NCBI RefSeq assembly: GCF_009914755.1
Contig: NC_060931.1
Source: the human T2T-CHM13v2.0 reference genome, Homo sapiens
DNA length: 64,000 bases
Strand: one strand, 5' to 3'
Part shown: positions 44,201 to 59,150 of the stretch, one piece after another
Position numbering within the stretch: position 1 is the first letter of the stretch
Layout: the number at the start of each line of letters is the position of its first letter
Translations under genes and position numbers: made by a program
Notes under the pieces: model-generated
Seen by the model: only the letters and a program-made list of their open reading frames with translations
What the model was told of the DNA's origin: nothing
The model's database searches: none

Positions 44201-45322
44201 GTCATCAAGAGAGAATGTTAGCAAAGAAACAATGTATTTAAATTATACCTTAGAACAAATAGACTTAACAGATATTTACAGAACATTCTACCCAACAACC
44301 GCAGAATATAAATTCTATTCATTAGCACATGGAACAGAGCATATGATAGGCCACAAAACAAGTCTCAATAAATTTAAGAAAATCAAAATTATATCAAGTA
44401 CTCTCTCAAACCACAGTGGAATAAAATTGGAAATCAACGGCAAAAGGAGCCCTCAAAACCATGTAAATACATGGAAATTAAATAACCTGCCCTTAAATGA
44501 TTATTGGGTGAAATGTCTGAAAGAGCACAAAAAAAAAATCTAAGGTCACACCTCAAGGAACTAGAGAAACAAGAACAAATCAAACCCCAAATCAGTGGAA
44601 GAAAGGTAATAATAAAGATCAGAGCAGAGCTAAATGCAATTGAAACAAAAAAAATACAAGAGACAAATGAAACAAAGAACTAATTCCTTCAAAACATAAA
44701 TAAAATTGATAGACCATTAGCAAGATTAACCAAGAAAAGAAAAGAGAAGATTCAAATAAGCTCAATGAGAAATGAAACAGAAGATATTACAGCCAATACC
44801 ACAGAAATACAAAAGATTATTCAAAGCTATGAACACCTTCATGCTCATAAACTAGAAAACCTAGAGGAGTTGGATAAATTCCTGGAAATATACAACTGTC
44901 CTAGATTAAACCAGGAAGAAATAGAAACTCTGAACTGACCAATAACCAATAACAAGCAGTGAGATACTTGCACATGCATGTTTATAGCAGCACAATTCAC
45001 AATTGCAAAAATATAGAACCAGCCCATATGCTTATTAATCAATGACTGGATAAAGACATTGTGGTATGTATATACAATGGAATACTACTCAGCCATTAAA
45101 AGGAATGAAATAATGGCATTTGCAGCAACCTGGATGGAGTTGGAGACCATTACACTAAGTGAAGTAACTCACAAATGGAAAAACAAATATTGTATGTTCT
45201 CACTTATAAGTGGGAGCTAAGCTATGAGGTTGCAAAGGCATAGAATGACACAATGGACTTTGGGGACACAGGGAAACGGTGGGATGGGGGCTGGGGACTA
45301 CACGTTGTGTACAGTATATAAA
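41258..45322 (+). mobile_element. L1PB-like element: 5' UTR, ORF1 (from 42644), ORF2 (from 43738) with the RT region deleted, partial 3' UTR
   Basis: L1PB-type 5' UTR and EN peptides (44163-44543). L1PB 3' UTR GGGAGCTAAGCTATGAGG..GCAAAGGCATAGAATGACACAATGGACTTTGGGGAC. Confidence 0.92.
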
Positions 45323-45324
45323 TG

Positions 45325-45465
45325 AATTAATTTCTATAATCATTAGATTGGTCTTTTTGTGGTCTCTTTTCATCTGGAAACTCAAGTTGTTCAGTTCTGG
45401 AAATTTTTACTTTATTATTTTTTTGATAATTTTCATCCTTCTAATTTTAAATTTCTCTTTAAGAT
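45325..45465 (-). mobile_element. Ancient L1ME/HAL1-like ORF1 fragment
   Basis: CTTTTCATCTGGAAACTCAAG..TTCAGTTCTGGAAATTTT resembles antisense old ORF1. Confidence 0.5.
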
Positions 45466-45712
45466 TCAAAAAAATTTACTTTTTTAACTTTTATTTCAGG
45501 TCCAGGGTTATATGTGCAGGTTTGTTATATAGGTAAACTCCTGTCTCAGGAGTTTGCTGTACAGATTATTTCATCACCCACCTACTAAGTCTAGTACCCA
45601 ATGGTTTTGTTTTCTTTTTTTTCCTGACCCTCTCACTCCTCTCACCCTCCACTCTCAGGTAGGCCCAGTGTCTGTTGTTCCCCTCTTTGTGTCCATGTGT
45701 TCTCATCATTTA

Positions 45713-45761
45713 GCCATTAAAAGTAATGGCAAAGACTGCAATTACTTTTGCAGCAAAATAA
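45713..45761. mobile_element. Half MADE1 (Hsmar1-derived mariner MITE)
   Basis: GCCATTAAAAGTAATGGCAAAGACTGCAATTACTTTTGCAGCAAAATAA matches the MADE1 centre plus one TIR. Confidence 0.85.
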
Positions 45762-47092
45762 TAATTCTGCTTTTAGCTCTTTAAGGAGTCACCATAATGA
45801 TTTATGCAATGATTGAATTAATTTACACTCCCACCAGCAGTATACAAGCATTTGTCGCTTTCTGCAACCTTGCCAGCCTCTGTGATTTTTTGACTTTTTA
45901 CTAATAGCCATCCTGATTGGTGTGAGATGGCATCTCACTGTGGTTTTGATTTGCATTTCTCTAGTAATCAGTGATATTGAGCTTTTTTCATATGCTGTTG
46001 GCCACGTGTATGTCTTCTTGTGAAAAGTGTCTGCTCATATCCTTTACCTATTTTTTAATGGGCAAAGGACATGAACAGATACTTTCACTTTTTTCATTTG
46101 TTTCCTTTCTTGAAAATTTTTGTAAGTCCCCTGTAGATGCTGTATATTAGACCTTTGTCAGATACATAGTTTGCAAACATTTTCTCCCATTCTGTAGGTC
46201 ATCTGTTTACTCTCTTGATGTTTATTTTGTTTCGCAGAAGCTCTTCAGTTTAATTAGATCCCTTTTGTCAATTTTTGCTTTTGTTGCAATTGCTTTTGGC
46301 ATCATCGTGAAATTTTTGCCAGGTTCTATGTCCGGAATGGTATTGCCTAGGCTGTCTTCCAGGGTTTTTATAGTTTTGGGTTTTACATTTAAGTATTTAA
46401 TCCATATTGAGTTGATTTTTGTATATAGTGTGAGGAAGGGGTCCAATTTCTGTCTTCTGCATGTAGTTAGCCAGTTATTTCAGAACCATTTATTGAATAG
46501 GTCCTTGAGTCCTTTCTCATTGCTTGTTTTTGTCACCTTTGTTGAAGATTAGATGGTTGTAGGTGTGTGGTCTTATTTTTAGGCTCTCTATTCTATTCCA
46601 TTGGTCTATGTGTTTGTTTTCGTACCAGTACCATGATGTTTTGGTTATTATAGCCCCGTAGTATAGTCTGAAGTTGGGTAGTGTGATGCCTCCAGCTTTG
46701 TTGTTTTTGCCTTAGATTGTCTTGGCTATTCAGGTTCTTTTTTGTTGTTGTTTTTTGTTTCATGTGAATTTTGATTTTTTTTCTACTTCTGTGAAAAATG
46801 TCATTGTTAGTTTGATAGGAATAGCATTGAATCTATAAATACTTTTGAGCACTATGGCCATTTTAACAATATTGAGTCTTCCTATCCATGGGCATAGGAT
46901 GTTTTTCCATTTGTTTGTGTCATCTCTTATTTCTTTGAGCAGTGTTTTATAATTTTCATTGTAGGGATCTTTCACCTCGCTGCTTAGCTGTATTTCTAGG
47001 TATTTTATTCTTTTTGTGGCAGTTGTGAATGATATAGCATTCCCGATTTGGCACTTGGCTTGGCTGTTGTTAGTGTACAGGAACGCTAGTAA

Positions 47093-47426
<334 letters not shown>

Positions 47427-47735
47427 TGAAGTTGTTTATCAGCTTAAGGAACTTTTGGGCTAAGACCATGTGGTTCTCTAGATATAGAATCATGTCATCT
47501 GCAAACAGGGATAGTTTGACTTCCTCTTTTCCTATGTGGATGTCCTTTATTTCTTTCTCTTGCCTGATTGTTCTGGACAGATCTTCCAATAATAGGTTGA
47601 ATAGGAGTGGTGAGAGAGGGCATTCTTGTCTTATACCAGTTTTCAAGGGGAATGCTTCCATCTTTTGCCCACTTACTATGATGTTGTCTGTGAGTTTGTC
47701 ATAGATGGCTCTTATTACTTTGAGGTATGTCCCTT

Positions 47736-48320
47736 AATGGATATATCACTATTCTGATTATCTATTTCTCCTTATGTGATTTTTTGAGATTTGCATATTT
47801 CAAGGAATTTTTTCATTACATCTAAGCTATCATATTTGTGGGCATACAGTTGTGTTCCTTTACTATCCTTTCAATATCATTGGGATCAGCAATGATGAAT
47901 TGTCTTTCATTTCTAGTACTAATAATAAAATGAAATGCGTTTTATCTCTTCTTATTAGTTAACCTGGATAGAAATTTATCAATTTTATCAATCCTTTTAA
48001 AGAACCAGGTTTAGATTCATTGACTTTCTCTACAATTTTCCTATTTAGAATTTCATTGATTTCTGTTATAATTTATATTATTTCTTCTCTTTTCCTTGTT
48101 TTAACTTAAATTGCTCTTCTTTCTGTAGTTTCCTATGGTGAAAGCTTGGCTTATGAATGTTAAATTGTCCTTCTCTTCCTGTATATGCACTTAATGCTAT
48201 GACTTTCCTTCTAAGCATTGCTTTCATTGTATTCTATAAATTCTGATAAGTTGTACTTTCATTTTCATTTAGTTCAAAGTATTTTTAAAATTTCTCTTGG
48301 CACTTCTTCTTTGATAGATA
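47736..48320 (-). mobile_element. Continuation of the old L1M ORF2 interrupted at ~40896
   Basis: Sequence appears to resume antisense ORF2 in register: ...GATGTAAATTCTTT | AATGGATATA..CTATTCTGATTATCTATTTCT... Confidence 0.75.
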
Positions 48321-48849
48321 AGAAATGTAAGATCTTGTGGAAAAAAAAACATAGAGATTTAGAGGGATGGCCACAAGGTAGAGATAGTATAAAATAGAAG
48401 ATAGACAAAAGATGAGTGAGTGTCAACAGCAAGAGAAAAGCTGAGAGTGCTGAAGGTTGTGTTTGGGGATGGGAATGCCAGTGACCCACTAATGCAAGGA
48501 TATTGATTACTCCTCAGATCCTGGGGATAATTTGGAAAACAGGAGGCATCAGGTGCTCTAATGGGTAATATCAGGGTTACCATATGTGGAGGAAAACAGA
48601 AGGACTAATTGAGAATTTATTTAAGGAGCAGTTGGATACTGATATATACCCCACTACCATAAGCAGTAACAGATTTACCCATCCCTGCCCTGGAGAATTA
48701 AGAAAAAAATGCTGGTATAAACTTAACTTACTAAGGAGGCTAACTCGGAGAAGTTTAGGATGCAGACACCAGACAGAGCTAAGAGCAAGAATGAGCCACC
48801 TTTGTGCAACAAGAGGACTGAATGAAAACGTGCATATTCAATTATTGTC

Positions 48850-48918
48850 TGCATGCCACAGTGCCTTAGGTGCTCAGTAAACATACGAATAAATGAGTGA
48901 GTGAACGAATGAATGATT
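48850..48918 (+). mobile_element. L2 3' tail
   Basis: CACAGTGCCTTAGGTGCTCAGTAAACAT...(GAAT)n. Confidence 0.75.
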
Positions 48919-49180
48919 TAACCAGTTGGTTTCTAACTATTTACAGGTTTATGAGTTTTAGATTTTACAATTGATCAAATATTTTTCTGGAAGGAAAAAT
49001 TAACCTAAAAGATTAACTGTTAATTGGAGGAAAGCAAGTACAGGGGCAATATAATGAAAGCGAAATAAAAGAGCATGCCCCATGTTCTCCTCACTGGTAA
49101 AAGGACATTGTATCCCGTTGGCACTGTAACTGACTGGTACGTTTCACTGCAGAGCATGTACATTAGAGACAAGCGGATAA

Positions 49181-49192
49181 GCTGACTCAGCA
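49181..49192. promoter_or_regulatory. MARE/ARE (Maf, NF-E2/NRF2, AP-1) motif GCTGACTCAGCA
   Basis: 12 of 13 bases match the T-MARE TGCTGACTCAGCA, in non-repeat DNA. Motif only. Confidence 0.4.
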
Positions 49193-50457
49193 CCGGTAGC
49201 CAGTGAGACAAGCAGCAGAAGTCAATGATAATTTTAATAAAAGAGTAGTAATTTTGTTCAGACTTTTCCCAAGTCCAGAAATCATAATTAAAATTATATT
49301 TACTAGTTCAAGAAATATGCTAGTTCTTATGGCAGGATCCACACTCATATTTAGTGCAACAATTACTGAAATTCTCCTCATATGTCTATACATCTCTCAA
49401 ATTAATAAAGGCCATAAGTACTTCTATAGTCATTTACATTGATCTGCACTGAACATCTTTTTAGTAGTCTAAATGTAAATCATGGCAGGTAAAATAGTAT
49501 AAACAAAAGGCAGTATAAGAAAGGCCAACATTACTTATTAATATGAATGCAAAAATCTATACATAATATTAGCAAACTAGATAGAATAACGTACAAAAAG
49601 AATGATGCACCATGATCAAGTAAGCTTATTCCAGATATGTAATGTGGATTTGACATTTTAAAACATTAATTAATATTATGGACATGAACAGATTAAGGTA
49701 TCAAATGTTTTGGTCATCCCAATAGGTACAGAAAAAGGTTTATAAAATATTATCTTCATTTTGAAATTAAACAGACAAAAGCAAAATAATGACTTTTAGC
49801 AAATTAGATTAAAAAATAAAGACCTTCCTTTACCAGATAAAGGATATCAACAACAAAAACTGACTTTGAGATTAAGGAACCAGATAAGGATGCCTGATTA
49901 CCACTGCTATTTAAAAGTATACTAAATATTTTAGCTAGTACTATAGAGTACAAGAAGAAATTTTAAATTAATGTTGATCCGAAAGAAAAAAAAACCAAAA
50001 CTATCTCTCTTACAGATTATTTGATTGCATAATAGAAAATTAAAAAGATACAGGTGAAGCATTATAATGAATAGAAGTATATAACAAGGAAACTAGATAT
50101 GAAATCAATGTCCAAAAATTATTTGCATATTTACCTATTAGATAAATAAGTTTAAAAGAGATACAATTACAATGATATCAAAATTATAAAGTATCTAGGA
50201 ATAAATCTAAAAATATGTGATAGATATTCATAGAAAACTTTATTAATGTTATTCAATGTTATTAAAGAAAAGTATTTACAAAAGAAGTTATATAAATGAA
50301 GAAAAGCATGTTCATAGATTGGAAGACTCAATATTTTAGAGATTCTACCTTTCCATGAATTTATCTATAGAATCATTGCAATCTTCATCAAATCTCAAGA
50401 GGTTTAATTACAATGGCTTATGTATGCACATATGCACGTATCTAAGTATGCATGTAT

Positions 50458-50750
50458 TTAGAGTCAGAATCTCACTCTGTCACCCAGGCTGGAGTGCAGG
50501 GCAGTGGAAAGGTCATAGCTCAATGCAGCCCCCAATTCCTGTGCCTAAGGGATCTTCCACCTCAGCATCCCGAGTAGCTAGGACTACAGGCAAATGCCAC
50601 CATGCCTAGCTAATTGTTTTCTTTTTAATGTAGAGAAGGGGGTCTCTCTGTGTTGTTGCCCAAGCTAGTCTTAAACTGCTGGCCTCAAGTAATCCTCTGC
50701 CTTGGGCTTCCCGAAGCACTGGGATTACAAATATGAGCCACCACATACAG
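50458..50750 (-). mobile_element. AluJ
   Basis: Diverged antisense Alu with ATAGCTCAATGCAGCC. Confidence 0.9.
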
Positions 50751-51505
50751 TTTATGTATTTATTTAACAGGAAAATGACTAAATGTTTCCAAAATTTCTC
50801 TTTACTTCTAAAACTTCCAAATCATTGAAAAATGGGACAAGGTGGAGAGATTAACCCTATGAAACACTAAGGTTTGTTTTGAAGTGATAAAAATAGAACA
50901 GTGTGATTTTAAAATAAGTTCCAAAAGATAAGTGGAAAAGATTGTAGATCTCAGAAACGGATGAATGACAGAGGTGATATGACACATCAGTGGGGAAATG
51001 AGGTACATGTTAATAAATTGTGACAAGATAATGGCGTATCTTCAATGGGAAAAAAATGAAGTCAAACCACTTTCTCACACCATGCAACTATTTAATTCTG
51101 GATGGATTAAAAAGATAAATTTTAAAGTTCATAAATAATAGTATCAGCAATTATCAAGACTTTATATGAATGCTTTCTTAAGAAAATAAAGCAAACATTG
51201 TAAAGGTAGATATTGATAGACTTGCATATAATAAAAATTTTAAAAGTGTTTGCATCAAAATATGTCATGAAGATTGTAAAAAATGTGTGCCACCTCTTTG
51301 TCTAGAATATGTAAATGAACACATAAATTAATAAGAAAAAGGGAAAAATCCAGTTAGAAGGGAGCAAAAGATTTCAACAGCCACTGCAAAAAACAGAAAA
51401 CTTAAATGGCCAGGAAACACATGAAAATATGCTAAACATCATTGGCAAGGAGGAAGACATAAATTAAACCTGCAAAAGACATCATTACAACTCTAATAGG
51501 TTGAT

Positions 51506-52467
51506 TGTGGGCGGAGGATTACCTAGGTGCCGAGGCAAGAGACTGAAGGCACAAACTGTTTCAATATAATAAAGAAAATAGAATAACAATAGTTATAATA
51601 CAAATTAGATATAGCGATGATCTTGGACAATTATCAATCATTATTATAAACATTATTAATCATTAGCTTTTAATATTACTCTTTGTTGCATTTCTAATAG
51701 AACCTAGGAATAACCGGTGGGTACAGGGTCAGGTGCTGAAGGGACACTGTGAGAAGTGACCTAGAAGGCAACAGGTGAGCCCTCTGTCACACCCACATAC
51801 AGGCCGCTTGAGGGCTCCTTGGTCAAGCGGTAGCACCAGTGTCTGGGACAGCACCCGTTACTTAGCAGACCGCGAAAGGGAGTCTCCTTTCCTTGGAGGA
51901 GTCAGGGAACATTCTGCTCCACCAGCTTCTTGTGGAAGGCTGGATATTATTCAGACCTGCCCGCAGTCATCCGGAGGCCTAAACCCCTCCCTGTGGTGCT
52001 GTGCTTCAGTGGTCATGCTCCTTGTCCACTTTCATGCTCCTCCCGTACTCCCGGGTCCTCTTTGAAGTTCGTAGTAGATAGCGGTAGAAGAAATAGTGAG
52101 TCTTAAAGTCTTTGATCTTTCTTATAAGTGCAGAGAAGAAAACGCTGACATATGCTGCCTTCTCTCTCTCTCTGCTTTGACTACCTAAAAGGGAAGGACC
52201 CCTATCCTGTAATCACGTGACTTGATTCACCTTGTCAATCACTTAGAAGATTCACCCTTCTTACCCTGCCCCCTTGTCTTGTATGCAATAAATATCAGTG
52301 AGCCCAGCCATTTGGGGCCACTACTGGTCTCTGTGTCTTGATGGTAGTGGTCCCTGGGCCCAGCTGCTTTCTCTTTATCTCTTTGTCTTGTGCCTTTATT
52401 TACTACAATCTCTCCTCTCCACACATGGGGAGAACACCCACTAAGCCCTGTAGGGCTGGACCCTACA
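51506..52467 (+). mobile_element. Solo LTR, LTR13/LTR13A-type (HERV-K group)
   Basis: Starts TGTGGGCGGAGGATTACC, ends GGGCTGGACCCTACA, 962 bp. AATAAA at 52287. 6-bp TSD GTTGAT/GTTGGT. Confidence 0.9.
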
Positions 52468-52488
52468 GTTGGTAAATATTAAGACATG

Positions 52489-53087
52489 GCATTAATCAGT
52501 ATTTTCAGAAAGATAGAACCAATAAGATATTGATAGATGGATGGATGGATTAATGGATGGATGGATGAACGGATAGCTAGATGAGAGGGAATTTATTACT
52601 GGAATTGGCTCATGTGATTATGGAGGCTGAGAAGTCCTACAACAGACCAGAGTCTGCAAGTTGAAGGCCCAGGGAAGCCATTATCATGGCTCAGCGCAAG
52701 TCCAAAGTTTCAGAACGAGGGAAGCTGATGGTGTAATTTTTAGTCTCAGCGCAAAGGCCTGAAAACCCAGGGGGCTGCTGGTGAAAGCCTAGAGTCTAAA
52801 GGCTGGAGAACCTGGAGTTCTGATGTCCAAGGGCAAGAGACAAAGGCTCTCGAGCTCCAGGAGGGAGAGAGAAAGCGAATTTGCCTTTTCTTTGTCTTTT
52901 TATCTGGGACTGGAACCAACTGGATGGTGCTTATCCTCATTGAGGACAGCTCTCCCACACTCAGTTCACTGATTCACACACCAGTCTCCACTGGAAACGT
53001 TCTGAGACACACCCATAAGTAACACTTTACTAGCTACCTAGGCATCCCTTAATCAGGTCATCTTGACATATAAAATGAACTATCACA
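52489..53087 (-). mobile_element. MLT2 (B-like) ERVL LTR with internal (GATG)n
   Basis: GGAATTGGCTCATGTGATTATGGAGGCTGAGAAGTCC and end TTGACATATAAAATGAACTATCACA. Confidence 0.88.
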
Positions 53088-53159
53088 GATATCTTGTATG
53101 AAAAAGCATTAGAATGTGTAGCTATGGCAATTCCATACAGAGCAGATAAGTGTGTAAAT

Positions 53160-53547
53160 TATCTTACTATGTTTTGTGCTGCTATCACAGAATACCTGAG
53201 ACTGCATAATTTATAATGGAGATAAATTTATTGGCTCATACTTCTAGAGTCTGGGAAGTCCAAGACATGGGCCCAGCATCTGGTGAGGGCTTTTTTTGTT
53301 GTGTCATCTCATGGCAGAAGGGCAAAGAAAAAGTAAGAGGGAGAGAGAAAGGGGACCGCACTCCTCCTTTTATAAGAAACCCACTTATACTGTAACAGAA
53401 CCACTCTCACAGTAACAACATTAATCCAACAATGAGAGCAGCTCTCATGACCTAATCACCTCTAAAACTCCTACCTCTTAATATTGTTACAATGGCAATT
53501 AAAATTCAACATGAGTTTTAGAGGAGACAAACACTCAAACCACAGCA
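53160..53547 (-). mobile_element. MaLR LTR (MST-like)
   Basis: GCTGCTATCACAGAATACCTGAGACTG...CAAACCACAGCA. Confidence 0.87.
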
Positions 53548-55097
53548 ATCGTGCAACTCATTTTGGCAAAAACCAACACTCACATGTTCTTAACTAAAGA
53601 AATTTCAAACCTAGGTACAGATTTTAAAGAAACTCTTGCATATGTGAGCTACAAGACCTGTATAAGAATATATAAAACAGCATCATTTGTAGCAGCCAAA
53701 ATCTGAAAACAATTTAAATCTCCAACAGTAGATTAGATAAATAAATTGTGGCATACTGTAAAATGGAATATTACAAAGTAATAAAAAGATTAATAATACA
53801 GCCAAAGGCACCAAAATAGCTGAATCTTAGAAATATAATTTTCAGCAAAAACTGCAAGTAATAGAAGAATACTTATAATATGACTCTATTCATATGAATT
53901 GCGAAACAAGGTAAAATCAAATATCTCATTATTTAAATATCCATGTATAGGTTATAAAATTATATTTACAAAAAGCAAGGGAGTGCTATTGAAATGTCAA
54001 AATAGCTTAAGAGAGAGGGTGGGAAGATACAATTGGGGAAGAACATATACAGGTTGTATGCCTGGTAGTTACAAAGTCTTATTATTAAATCTTAGTAGTG
54101 ATTGCACGCATACTCACATTATTATTGTTCTTTCAAATGTGTTTATAGAAATACATAAAATTTTTATTTTTTCCTGTTTCATGATGTATTTCTAATTAAT
54201 AGGATCCTTATCAGACAATACAATAGGCAGTAATATTGCATGAGTGTTATTATAAAGGCATAAACAGTCTGGTGTGCTGATGAAACCATGCGCTGATTAG
54301 GATAATCAGCGAGTGAATTGAAAAAGTAGAGGAAGGGATTGGGTGTCGATTTGCCAAAAGTAGATTCTAAATAGTGTGAGGGGCTTTAGTTGCTATCCAA
54401 GAAAATGGAATCACTCTGTGATCAGATAAGAGACAGCAAAAGTTTCTAAAGAAAAATGACATATAAGAATATATGTTCATCACAAATCTTTGGGAGTATA
54501 CACACACACATACACACACATGATGCCATGAGAAGGGAGTGTAGAAAGTACTTAGCTCACGGGGTGCAGGGTGTTCATAAACTGTAAGTTTTCTTTTTGG
54601 GGAAATGGAAATATATGCTTCTGCAGGTATTTGTGTTCATTTTTTGAAAAAACTACATTTTAAAAAGCCTTAAAAATAACCAGGTATTTCCAGCCAGGTG
54701 ATTGGGCATACAAATGAGGAGATGAGAGAAAGTGAGTAAAACAATGTAGGTTGAGAGTCTCTCTTCATGGAGTTAAAGTGTAACTATCAGAGAATAAAAT
54801 CCTTGAGGGATTTACTGTAGTTGGGAATGACAGAGGGATAAGGCAGATCTCCAGCAAAAACCTACACACATGAGAGACAGCAAAGAAAAACACATTAAGG
54901 AGCCAGAGAAAGAAGGCTGTTAATGGTATAAAAGTAACTAAAATACATTAATGCCCAGAATTCCAGGAAGAAGAAATGTCTGGGGGAAAAACCCAAAGAC
55001 TTAAAATAGGCTCTTTGCAGGCTCCTTTCTGTGGAAGTGTTACCCTCTTTGGCAGAGGCCCAGCCACGGATCAAGGCAGAAAGAGACCCCTTCCCAA

Positions 55098-55675
55098 CTG
55101 GGGCAGACCAACCCTAAGATTGACCCCTAAATCTCTAACTCTTTAAATTCATACTCCTCTTTAGTGCTCTCCTTCTGAGTGTGGGTGGGACCCTGTGACT
55201 CACTTCTCAGCAGTAGAATCTGGCAAAGGTGGATGTCATTCCATGACTACTTTGCATAATATGGTAACCTGTCTTGCTAATAGATTCTCTTATCCCTTGC
55301 CAGTTTTGATGACACAAGCTGCTATGTTGCAAGCTTCCCTAGGGAGGTGACCTAATCATAAAGAAAATCATAAGGAACAATGGGGTGGCCCCAGCCAACA
55401 GCCAAGAAGACACTCAAGTCCTTAGGCTTACAACTGACAAGGAACTATCAGCAGTCAACACTGCATGAGCTCAGAAGTAACTCACCAGTTGAGCTTTGAG
55501 ATGAAATCAGTTTCTTGATCAACACATTGCTTATAGTCTTATGAGAGATAATTAATTAAAAGATCCAGCTAAGTCAGGCTTTGACAGCTGACACTGAGAA
55601 ACTGTAATGAGTGTATGTCATTTTAAGCCACTAGGACTGTGATATTTTGGTACCTAACAATAGATAACAAATACC
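55098..55675 (+). mobile_element. MaLR LTR (MLT1E/F-like)
   Basis: TGAGTGTGGGTGGGACCCTGTGACTCACTTCT and TTTTAAGCCACTA...CAATAGATAACAAATAC end. Confidence 0.8.
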
Positions 55676-55849
55676 CCAGTCAAATGAACTAAGTTCACTT
55701 GGTGATAAAGGCTGCAGTGAACATCTCAATCCAATGGCTCTCATGTCCATGTCAAAGCCATCTATGTCAAATGCAAGTGAAGATGAAAAATTTATGCCAA
55801 TCTTTAGCAGAGTTACTTTAGAAGGAAATAAGGACAAAATAACTTTGAA

Positions 55850-58197
<2,348 letters not shown>

Positions 58198-58546
58198 TGT
58201 GTATTAGTCTATTCTGAGATACTATAACAAAAATACCTTTAATCAGGTGACTTATAAACAAAAGAAATTTATTTCTCACAGTTCTGGAGGCTGGGAAGTC
58301 TAAGATCAAGGCATCAGCAGATTGACTGTCTGGCAAGTGCTTGGTTCCTTATAGATAGCACCTTCTCCTCTTTTGTCCTTACATGTTGAGAGAGGTAAGA
58401 TGCTCTCTTCACCCTCTTTTATACGGGCACTAATCCTATTCGGAAGGGCAGAGTCCTCGTGACCTAGTTACCTCCCAAAGGCTCTACGTCCTAAAACCAT
58501 TGAGTAGCGGGATTTCAACATATTAATTTTGTGAGGGCACAAACAG
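58198..58546 (-). mobile_element. MaLR LTR (MLT1A/MSTD-like), one end truncated
   Basis: TGTATTAGTC...TTTATTTCTCACAGTTCTGGAGGCTGGGAAGTCTAAGATCAAGG. Confidence 0.87.
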
Positions 58547-59150
58547 TCAAGAGATGGACTCAATCTAAGTGTCCATCAGTGGAGGAATGGATAAAGAAAA
58601 CATGGTATATGTGGACAATGAAAGACTGGTTGACCATAAAAAAGAATGAAATCTTATCATTTGCTACAACATGGATGAACTTGAAGGACATTATGTTAAG
58701 TGAAATAAGCCAGTAATAGAAAGAAAAATGCTACATGATTTCACTCGCATATGAAATCTTGAAAAGGTGAACTATATAAGTGGAGAGTAAAATGATGGTG
58801 ACCAGGGGCTGGGGCAATGGGGAGGGATGATTGGAAAGACATTGGTCAAATAATACAAAATTTCAGCTAGATAGGAAGAATAAGTTCATGAGATCTATTG
58901 TATAACATGGTTACTAAGTTAACAACAACATACCATATTGTACTCTTGAAAAAATGCTAAAATAGTAGATTTCAAGTGTTCTTACTACAAAAATAACTGT
59001 GAGGTAATGCTTAACTAGCTTGATTCAGCCATTCATATATATATGTATATATATATATACACACATATATATGAGATAGTAAAGCATCATGTTGTACACA
59101 ATAAATATATACAATTTTGCAAATTTGAAAATAAAATAAAATACTTAAAA
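58547..59150 (+). mobile_element. L1MA (5-8-like) 3' end
   Basis: ORF2 C-terminus (CPSVEEWIKKTWYM) and 3' UTR TTTCAGCTAGATAGGAAGAATAAGTTC. Confidence 0.87.

Larger units (their letters stand above)
49500..54200 (+). mobile_element. Ancient L1ME ORF2 to 3' UTR, interrupted by AluJ, LTR13A, MLT2 and MST
   Basis: Collinear diverged ORF2 pieces (CATGTTCATAGATTGGAAGACTCAATATT, ATAAATTGTGGCATACTG). Confidence 0.75.
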
